A stretch of 64,000 nucleotides of DNA, taken from contig VJWM01000063.1 in the NCBI GenBank assembly GCA_010909165.1, positions 1,116,001 to 1,180,000 of the forward strand. The letters run 5' to 3'. How positions within the stretch are numbered: position 1 is the first letter of the stretch; each line of letters starts with the position of its first letter. Source of the DNA: Anthoceros angustus. Taxonomy: Eukaryota > Plantae > Anthocerotophyta. The position numbers were made by a program, and so were the translations under genes. The notes under the pieces are model-generated. The model worked only from the letters and a program-made list of their open reading frames with translations, was not told where the DNA came from and did no database searches. Shown here in pieces: positions 55,147 to 64,000 of this stretch.

Positions 55147-56270
55147 TACATGTCCCTTTGGGGAATCTCCCGCAACAATGCTTCATCTAGAACAACAACC
55201 CACCTTACGAAGGTGGGCGGTGGTCGTCATTGCTCATTACCACTTCCATGGTTTTTCCAGCATAAGACCAATATTGTTGTCTACGATACATGCAATCTCA
55301 TCCTGATCCTTCCAGAACATTGTCCACCATTGTTCTTCTTCGACATTGACATATGTTGGTAGATTTAGCATTCCTTTCCGCAAGTAAGCAACCCCCTGAA
55401 TAGCAATCATCCCCGCAACACCACCTCTTTTGTCCTTGGCTTGGAGCGCCATCAAAGGTGCCGGGCTAATATCGCTGTTCGGAACAAACGTCAGGAACTC
55501 CAAGCCATCTTCTGACTCCCACTGAGGAGAGGTTGAATACTGCTTACTCCGGATAACTGTTACTTTCCCACGATTCAGTTTCTCCTCTCGTGTGATTTTG
55601 AACTGATGTTGAAACGATAGATTGTTCAATTGTTTCACTGCAGCCTTGTACTGATATCCTGCTGCGCCCTTTGTTATAGGCCAGACATACGTCCGAAATC
55701 CGGAACCTCGGTCAACACCTGAACCTCGGGTTGGGCGTATCGGCTGCTTATCAAGGTTTCCATAGGTAGGGTTTTCACCTCCTTGTGCTTGGATGTTTAG
55801 AAAAGCAAGAGAACATCTGGTCCACTTGGTCGTGTGTATGCCCTACGAGGAGAAATCCGACCTTCACCTTTTCAAAGGTGCCCACCTCAACAAGCATATT
55901 GAGGTATGCAAAAAGCAACTGGTTCTTATTCTCCCGGCATGTGTTATCCAGCTGCAAATATAGAATTTTCGGAAGGAACCCATTATACGTGTGGATAACG
56001 TCATGAATAATAGCAATAGTCAAGTTTGCATCATTCCTCAGTTCGCAAAGTGGAGATACGGCTTTCAAAGTATAATTGTGTACCATGCAGCCACCACGTG
56101 GATCGCTGCGCGATCCTCCTTGAGTCCTTGACCATCTCAAAATATGCGGCAACTCGTCTTCTTGATCCATCCGTCAATGCATAGTAATATGTATTTCGAG
56201 GACAAGTAGCTTTTAGTGCGATGCTTCATCAACTTCTTCCTCTCGTTCATCAATCGTGTTCGATGTTTAT
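55147..56270 (-). pseudogene. Catalytic half of element B transposase
   Basis: MDQEDELPHILRW, LYLQLDNTCRENKNQLLFAYL, GFLLVGHTHDQVDQMFSCFSKH, ending LDEALLREIPQRDM at the insertion site. Confidence 0.85.
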
Positions 56271-58408
56271 TTAAAGCGCCCCGATATACATCTCGCTAAA
56301 CACAAAGACCGAACCGCTTAGAAAGGACGGTGAGTTAGTTCCCACCTTTGGTTAGCCCATTCAAAAATACAAACATTTTATTCCCCGGACATGCCGGAAA
56401 CATGTCATCAGAGGCACCCCGCGTGCCAATGCCATTCCACGGCATAGGCATGACAGGGCAGAGGAAGGCTCGCGCCCAACCATCCGGGGTGCAACTATGC
56501 CACGAGAGGACTCTTCGTGCGCCGATTAACCGAATGGGGAGGCGCCGGCATGCCGCCTTCCAAACTCGACGGCGCCCTCCCATCCGGTGCGCTGAATGCG
56601 TGACCGGTGGGTAGGCGCTGCATGCCGGCGCCCTCCCATCCGGCGTTTAATGCCGGTGACCGGGCGGTAGCCGGATGCCCGCGGCCGGGTAGAGGCGGCG
56701 CGGTACCCGCCCGCCCTCGCTTTGCGCCGCCGGCTCGGCATAGCCGGCATGCGCGCCACGCCCTCTCGGCAGACGCCGGCGCTCTCAGCGCGCCGCGCTG
56801 CCGTGCCCTCCGCAAGCATCGCCGCCCTTCATTCCATGGCTCCAACATGGCTGTCGCCGTGGAAGCTAGGGCGGCGGCATTCCGGCGCCTTTGCATCTAC
56901 GTCGACGGCTACGTTAGAGGGTTAGCTCTCCGGAAAGAGTATGATACCTATTACAAGGATTCTATGCAGGAAATGACGGAGAACTGTATGCTGGCATACC
57001 TTGATCAATCTGATGACCCGTACTCCAGATGTTGTACTTCAACCCCGCGCATAACGCACATGTCGAAAACCGGTTGGACTTCGGAATTTTCACCCTCTTA
57101 AAATTTTCTGTCCATAGCCTCAGAGGTGCATCCCCGGCAGTAATGGGAAGGGAGGGGGAGGCCAGAAACTGGAAGGTGTGGCAGGGGGGACAGTAGCCGG
57201 AGAGGGAGGCTGTCCACTAGCACCGAACGTACCTGGAGTAGGGCCGGATGCCATGGAGGATGTGGCAATGGCTGCGTTCATGGCTTGATGAGGGGGAAAC
57301 TATAAAGCACCTTGAGAAATGTACTATCGGCTTTGAACGGGTTTTCTTCACGCACTTGTGTTCGGTTTCATAGGAGAAGCGGCGAGAGGGAGGAACCTTT
57401 GCACAGTTTGCATCCTTAGGCATTAGCTTGGTTGGCCACCTTCTTTGGCACGCACACCACATGCACGATGGGGAAAACACCATCTTCAACATGTACCATG
57501 CTAACATCCGGGGCCACGCGCGATGCTGTGAGGGAAACACAGTCTTGAACGTCTAACATGCCCACACTCGGGGCCTTCACGCGGGGCCGAGAGATGTTCG
57601 AGCAAACATATATGTCCATGTCTAGTGCAGGCGAACCCTAAACATGAGTATGTATGTTCGATAAAAGCCCTAAACGGCAGAAATAAAAGTAGATGACGAC
57701 ATCGGAACACCATGGGGCAAGTTGTGAGACAAAAAACGTTTCTGGCGCCTACTGCCCGTTGTGCGCTGATGTGGCCCGTATGTGATGAAGGGCCCGTTGT
57801 GGCTGATGTGGCCCGTATGTGAAGGAATCATGTAGAATACTGGAGAAAAAAACTTTGTGACACAAACCCTGGCCCGTGACGAGATCGGTATCCATACGAT
57901 TCACGGGGACATATGCGATTTATTACTACGGTTCAAAATTACTGACATACAATCCTAAATGCACTGAAGTTCAGAGTGGGCCATGCGTACCTGTGTATGC
58001 AAGATTCGCCCCCCCGTCGGAACGTTCATCAGCACCGCTGTCGCGAACGTTCCGTTTGGCCGTTACAGCGCCCTTCCCGTACGTGCACTCTCTGCCGCGC
58101 ATTTCTCATGCTGTCGGCAGTCGATATTCCGTTGCTGCCAGCGATCAATGCTGGTACCCTCCAGCAGCCATCGGGAAGCGGGTGCTAGATGGTGTGCGCC
58201 TACCTGCCTACCCGAGGCTGCAGCTGATGAGAGTTGAACGACGTTGCCTCTCGAGTCCCCAGGCAGAGGCTCGTCTGACTCTCACGACATTGTAGTAATT
58301 CCCACAGCCAGAACAGAGACCTCACTCACAAGCTCACTCGCTCACTCGCTCACCAGCCAGTGCTGGCCAGCTTCGAGACTGCGCGCTACAAGTGTCCGTG
58401 CAACAACA

Positions 58409-59017
58409 ATGGCGTCCCGGATCAAGCTGGCGGCAATGTGGCTGCTCGCCATGGTGGTCGCGGTGCACGCGTCCGACCCGGAGCTGACTACAGACTTCGC
58501 TGTGCCACCCGGCGTGAACGCCTCCGCCATCAACGCCGCCTTCTTCACCTTCACAGGCTTCCGCGGCGGGGTGCAGCCGGCGCCCAACGCGTTCGGGATC
58601 AAGCGAGCTTCCGTGGCGCAGATCCCTGCCCTGCAGGGCCTGGGGGTTTCCATCGCCATCGTGGAGTACGCCCCCGGCACCGCCAACCCCCCGCACCTCC
58701 ACCCCCGCGGGAGCGAGGTTGTGTACGTCCTGGAAGGCACCCTCACCGTCGGCCTGGTGGACAGCAGCAACAAGTTCTTCCCCCAGACGCTCCAGGAAGG
58801 AGACGTCTTCGTCTTCCCCAAGGGCTTGATCCACTACCAGATCAACCTGAGCGAGAAGGTGGTCCGCGCCGTCGCCTCCTTCAGCAGCTCAAACCCTGGG
58901 ACTCTCCAGATCGGGTCCGCACTCTTCGCTTCCGGCGTGCCGGATGTCGCCCTCACCACCGCCTTCAAGGTCGGCGCTGACGTCATCGACAAGCTCCAAG
59001 CTGCCCTCTCCGCCTGA
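58409..59017 (+). CDS. Germin-like protein (cupin), secreted
   Basis: Signal peptide, ASDPELTTDF, GTANPPHLHPRGSE, GDVFVFPKGLIHYQ. Confidence 0.95.
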   Translation: MASRIKLAAMWLLAMVVAVHASDPELTTDFAVPPGVNASAINAAFFTFTGFRGGVQPAPNAFGIKRASVAQIPALQGLGVSIAIVEYAPGTANPPHLHPRGSEVVYVLEGTLTVGLVDSSNKFFPQTLQEGDVFVFPKGLIHYQINLSEKVVRAVASFSSSNPGTLQIGSALFASGVPDVALTTAFKVGADVIDKLQAALSA

Positions 59018-59824
59018 GTTCGCATTCCACGCCCGAGCTCGCATGCTCCAGATTAGGGTTCGGAAGGTGGGCACGGTTACGCTCCATCCACATTGTCTGT
59101 ACCATAGTTTGCAGCACCTGATCAATGTAAGCAGTGAGCTGCCGCCATCGCGGATCCCGCATCCACCTCTGCATGTTGGTGCAATCCGCGAAACCCTAGT
59201 TCTGAGCTCTGCCGAATGCCGTAGTTGTTTGCCGTCTGTTTGACGCCGTCGGCCCTTGTCCTGCTCTGCCGGATGCTGTAGCAGTTCCTGTCTCTCTGCC
59301 ACCGTCGGCACTTCCTTGCTCTGGAGAAGCGCGTAACGGCCGGCAAGCTCCCAGCTGACAAGGCTCTGTACAAACAGGATACGGCCATGCCATACAGCCA
59401 TGCCATGTGTTGCGATGATATGCCTCGCAGAAGAAGTCAAGAAACGTGCTTCCAACTCTCCAGTCCGTCACCAGGACGCAGACTATTGCATCTCAGGAGG
59501 CGCGCCGGCCCGAGCTCAGCCTCCCAGAATCATTTCAGTGCATGCACCAAACGTAGACTGCGCGCTGTGCTATTTTATTAATCCTGTGGGGCCGGGAGAT
59601 GTGTGCTAGCACCGGATTGGCCAAACATGTCGCTGACTGGCCCTATGTTCAGCTATTTGAACTCCCCCGCAGGTTGCAGTTGCAGGCTCCCAGTCTGATT
59701 GTGCTTCTCTTCGTCTTTTCTTGTCATCCATCTCTGCCGGTGGAGCCGCTGAAACAACATCCTCAGCTTTTCTCCTCGCGCTGCTGCTTGGTAGGCTATT
59801 TGAATACTTGCAGATGGTTGATCC

Positions 59825-60055
59825 ATTGCTTTGCAGCATTGGTTGATATATCGATTTGCTGAATTGGTTGTTGTATCGCTTTGCAGAATTGGTTGTTGTA
59901 TCGGTTTGCAGATTTGGTTGTTGCATCGCTTTGCAGGATTGGTTGCTGCATTGCTTTGCAGGGTTGGTTGTTGTATCGCTTGGAAGGATTGGTTGCTGTG
60001 TTGCTTTGCAGGGTTAGTCGTTGTATCGTTTTGCAGGATTGGTTGTTGTATTGCA
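59825..60055. repeat. 25-bp minisatellite, about 9 copies
   Basis: Variants of atcgctttgcaggattggttgttgt in tandem. Confidence 0.9.
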
Positions 60056-60141
60056 TCGCAGGCATTCGCATGTAAGTTAGGTGAACGACTCACCATATGT
60101 ATGTATGTGCGAAATGCAGACTTGGTGAAAGAGAAGACAGG

Positions 60142-60756
60142 ATGGCATGCAGAGCGCTGCTCCTGGCCATGGCCGCCTTGGCCGTAGTAGCAGTAGTGCG
60201 GGCCTCGGACCCCGAGCTGACGTCGGACTTCGCAGTCCCGGCGGGAGTGAACGCGTCCACCATTGACGCCAACTTCTTCACCTTCACCGGGCTGCGGGGG
60301 GGAGTGCAGGCGGCTCCGGGGACGTTCGGGATCAAGCGGGCTACCCTGGCGCAGATCCCAGCTCTGCAGGGGCTGGGCGTGTCCATCGCCATCTTGGAGT
60401 ACGCACCGGGCAGCACCAACCCGCCGCACACTCACCCGCGCGGAACCGAGGTGCTGTACGTGACCAAGGGCACTCTCACGGTCGGCCTCATTGACAGCAC
60501 CAACAAGTTCTACTCCCAGACGCTGAAGTCGGGCGATGTGTTCGTCTTCCCCAAGGGCTTGATCCACTACCAGATCAACCTGAGCAAGAAGGTGGCGCGC
60601 GCCATCGCGGCCTTCAGCAGCTCCAACGCTGGCACCATTCAGGTCGGCCCTGCTCTCTTCGGGTCCGGCGTGCCTGATGTCGAGCTCACCACCGCCTTCA
60701 AGGTCGGAGTCGACGTCATCAACACTCTTCAGGCGGCCTTCGCCCCGGCTGCCTAA
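60142..60756 (+). CDS. Germin-like protein, tandem paralog
   Basis: MACRALLLAMAALAVVAVVRASDPELTSDF, GSTNPPHTHPRGTE, GDVFVFPKGLIHYQ. Confidence 0.95.
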   Translation: MACRALLLAMAALAVVAVVRASDPELTSDFAVPAGVNASTIDANFFTFTGLRGGVQAAPGTFGIKRATLAQIPALQGLGVSIAILEYAPGSTNPPHTHPRGTEVLYVTKGTLTVGLIDSTNKFYSQTLKSGDVFVFPKGLIHYQINLSKKVARAIAAFSSSNAGTIQVGPALFGSGVPDVELTTAFKVGVDVINTLQAAFAPAA

Positions 60757-60865
60757 GCTAAGCAGCCTCTCAGACTTGCTTGCCCTAGGAGCATATTGCC
60801 AGCCAATAGCTTGGTATTGGTGGTGGTAATTTACATCAGCGGTGGCAATGGCTGCGGCAAGTGCT

Positions 60866-61149
60866 TTGGCTGTGGCTTGGAGAGGACAGTTGGACTTCAG
60901 ACTGTTTTGTTAGCATACTTGTAAGATTCTCGAAGTTCTGGAAAACGGGCGGTTCGAGTTTTCTTTTCCAACCTCATCACTTCACTGGGCTCCACTGTTT
61001 TGCTTTCAGTTATTAGGCTTTGGCTGTGCACAGCTTGGGGAGGACAGTAGGACTGCAGGCTGTTTTTTTAACATACTTGTAAGATTCTCAAAGTTCTGGA
61101 AAACGGGCAGTTTGAGTTTGATTTTGTCACTTCATCACTTCACTGGGCC
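60866..61149. repeat. About 155-bp tandem duplication downstream of the second germin
   Basis: catacttgtaagattctc(g/a)aagttctggaaaacgggc...tcatcacttcactgggc occurs twice. Confidence 0.85.
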
Positions 61150-62169
61150 CCTCTGTCTTACTCTCTGTACTCAGTTATGGCAATATCCCGATCCCCCACC
61201 CCGATGGGGTGGATCAAAATGTTATCCATATCTCCAACTTACAATTTGAACATCCACTGTAGTAGTGTACTCTGTTTACATAACTCAGTGTTCCTAGAAT
61301 GTACTTTCTTTGCAGTGTCATTCATCGAGTTGGTTTGAAGTGGCAATCACAATTCAAGAGACGTTCCTTAATCGAGTTGGTGAGAGTGCCTTTCACAAAT
61401 GCAGGCAACAAGGAGAAAGATCTGGCAGTTCTTGTTGCACGATCTGGAAACAGCAAACTGCCAAGTCTTGCGAAGCCAAGTGAGGTGCAGTAGGCTGCAG
61501 GCACCAAAACAGGCCGAGGAGCTGTAGTGGCCGTTTGGCAGAACCTTGTTATGTGGCATCTGATAGGCCAAGGGACATCAAGCTGTAACAGTTTTTTATT
61601 TAAGAGTAATGAAAAGCTGTAACTGTTGTTTGACTGGTTTTGGGACAAAGAATTGTCACGTGGCTGGCACAGATCAGAGGATAGCAGGGAGCGTGGATGC
61701 ATGAGCAGGCGAGTGGCCACCCAACGGGCTAGAAAGTGTTGAAGCACGAGGGAAATATGGTAGTCTGAAGGCAGGAGATATACCCTCAGGGACTGTATCT
61801 TGCACTGGCAGCTGTCACCTGCAACCCACATGGCCACCAACTGTTCCAGGGCCAGACTCGGCCTGTGGTGACATTTGGCAGATCTGTGTGAGCTGCAAGC
61901 AGCATATTCCATGGAATATTTTTATGGGCCGGGGAGGCGAGGAGGGAGACAGAGTGGAGCAATTTTGTTAACTTTCGGTAGGATCCGGTTGGATCGGCTT
62001 ACGTTGGCACGCTTTGTCAGTGTGGGGTCGGCACTCTGCAAGGCTCACTTTGGAGGAGGATGCTTAGGGTGGTGGTTGGTGATTCCCTCCACGACCCATA
62101 GGCAAGACGATCAGTCGAGCCCCCATCCTCCATCCTGAAGAAACCTATCCACTCTGCCCACCTGCTAGG

Positions 62170-62500
62170 CCTTCCATCTCTATGTGGGCGTCTGCCTTCC
62201 ATCTGCATATGGGCTTCTGTATGTGGGCTTCTGCCTTCCGTCTCTATGTGGGCTCCTGCCTTCCGTCTCTATGTGGGCTTCTGCCTTCCGTCTCTGTGTG
62301 GGCTTCTGCCGTCTCTATGTGGGCTTCTGCCTTCCGTCTCTATGTGGGCTCCTGCCTTCCGTCTCTATGTGGGCTTCTGCCTTCCGTCTCTGTGTGGGCT
62401 TCTGCCTTCCGTCTCTATGTGGGCTTCTGCCTTCCGTCTCTATGTGGGCTTCTGCAATCTCTCTCTGTGGGCTTCCGCAATCTCTCTGTGTGAGCTTCTG
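62170..62500. repeat. 25-bp minisatellite, about 13 copies
   Basis: ctatgtgggcttctgccttccgtct in tandem. Confidence 0.95.
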
Positions 62501-62779
62501 CCTTGCATGTCTAAATGGGCTTCTGGGCAACTTGCTCACAAACAGATGTAGCCTACCTGGCCCAAGTGCCACCGGCACATTGAACCCCTTCATTAGCTCA
62601 CACAGCATTCCCACATATTTTATGGAGTGGAGTTCCTGGGTAGTAAGCACTTCGCTCTTTTCATGTACCTGCCAATCTTTTTCTTGTACAAACGTCAGTT
62701 TTAATTCACTTGGATGAAAAGTGGACTAAATTTTCGGTGTCATTAGACATGGTCCGTCTTGTACTTATTTAAGTACAGT

Positions 62780-64000
62780 ACCAGGGTGCTAAGCTACTCG
62801 AAAAAGGGCCAAGGGCCTCCTGATTCTTGAAGGGCGTCCACTTCCGATAGACACAACGTACCGATCTGAGCGTAACGGCGTTCTTACATACCCATTTGGC
62901 CTAAGAACGCCGCATATGCAGGAGAGTTTGGTCAGATGCAGACCACAGACCTGTGTCCGTATCCACAGTACTTGAGCCACAGGCTCAAGACAGCCGACGC
63001 AATCAATGGAGATCCCGTTTTGTTAGAAAAGGGCCACAGGGACAGACATATAACGAGAAAAAAATTACATGAGCCAACGTCTGAAAGAGGATTAGACACG
63101 GACCACCTGCCTCCGACAGCTTCCTTAACAGGCATAAATGCGGGCCTACAAAGAACCAACAGAGTGTGCTCACGGATTCCTCGACAAGAAAATAAAGCAC
63201 AGAATCTTCAGAGTCTTTCCGTGAAACCCCGTACCAGGACGATGGGAGCACTTGACGATGAGAAACTAACGGGGTGGAAATCCAGGAGAGCTCAAGAATT
63301 GAGATCACTGACCAGTATCACACTGTCAAATCAGGGGCGGAAAGCCTTAAATCTCCTCTGTGATCAACTACAAGAACTTCCAAAAACCTACTTCCTCACA
63401 CCAAGACGGGCACACGTAAGGGGCTGCGGCCGGTCTCTTCCTTCGCCAACAGGTGCGCAAAGCACACATTACATCTAACAGAACTGCTTATAAGGACTTA
63501 TAGGCAGTGCTGGTAGATGCAATGTGTAATTGAAAGGTGGCAGAGAGACGAACTGGTTCCTTCCATCGCCGATCTGCAGCAAACGACAACACCAAATCCA
63601 CGAGTCTGACCAAAAGACGAGACATAATCGCCGTTCGGACGATAAACAAGCCCAACAGCGGGTAGGCTGGCACTGCTCAGTCCCTTAGATGTTCAATATG
63701 CACGACTCATCACTGATCAGTGCAATAGTAGGTTTCATCAAAGCAGTTGGCAGCCATCGGACCCTGACAAACAAAAAATGGGAAAGATGCTTAGCATGTC
63801 GCAACACAACGTCCTGACAAGAAAGCACAGTCCGGGCCAGGATAGCGAGTGCTGCTCCACTGAGCAGTACCTCCACAACTCAGCGGCTTCCTCTGGCTTC
63901 AGGGAACGGATCTAGTGGCACGGGAAAGCCAGAAGATCAGATTAAGAAGCCTCGCAAAGATGAGATCAGACCTATCAGTACCTCTACAACTCAGCGGCTC
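62780..64000 (-). mobile_element. Possible degenerate LINE ORF2 3' end
   Basis: Weak resemblance only: EESVSTLCWF (zf-RVT-like ESxxHLF) and KWVCKNAVT (WxxRN-like). Confidence 0.3.

Larger units (their letters stand above)
43264..56270 (-). mobile_element. Outer Sola-like element B; left TIR present, right end not found; interrupted by element A
   Basis: AACACCATAATATTTGAAGCGGCTGAATATACA at 43264 is 1 mismatch from the element A TIR. Transposase halves lie at about 43980-44449 and 55147-56270. Confidence 0.7.

Noticed and set aside
44442-55150. Element A as a giant spliceable intron (GTAAAC...TTAG on the minus strand)
   Set aside because: Splicing at these sites does not restore the DMYLGPH frame; TIR plus 4-bp TSD explains the junctions exactly.
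57217-57713. WHAHH sequence as an HUH (Helitron/Replitron) endonuclease motif
   Set aside because: No supporting catalytic Tyr motif or recognisable context, and several stops are present.
62170-62500. Repeat array as CRISPR or as a Cys/Leu-rich protein
   Set aside because: Head-to-tail 25-bp units without unique spacers; the ORFs are artefacts of periodicity; eukaryotic context with no cas genes.

Overview
Eukaryotic genomic DNA from a compact-genomed land plant, probably a non-seed plant (inferred from short introns, a PLS-class PPR fragment and Cys-less germins). Bases 1-39,200 are gene-dense: RPS20, SF3B3, an HVA22-like gene, glycyl-tRNA synthetase, an LRAT/NC-domain gene, a truncated PPR, a cytosolic-type PGI with a plastid-like transit peptide, AP-5 mu, a KIAA0930/DUF2045 gene and a PSI/DUF668 gene. 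Two patchworks (about 5.3-10.1 kb and 18.2-19.0 kb) are stitched from pieces of neighbouring genes, and each adjoins one copy of an orphan His-rich membrane microprotein. Bases 39,700-57,900 are a nest of transposons. The best find is a 10.7-kb element (44450-55146) with perfect 33-bp TIRs and a TACA target-site duplication. It encodes a Sola-like DDD transposase and, divergently, a frameshifted ParB/Srx-like domain plus beta-class (N4C/N6A) DNA amino-methyltransferase. It sits inside the transposase gene of a sister element, and both carry copies of a 20-22-bp palindrome, GGCGCCGGCATGCCGGCGCC. The window ends with two germin-like genes, minisatellites and a possible LINE relic. Frameshifts in the TE nest may partly be long-read assembly errors. 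All family assignments are by eye, with no database searches.
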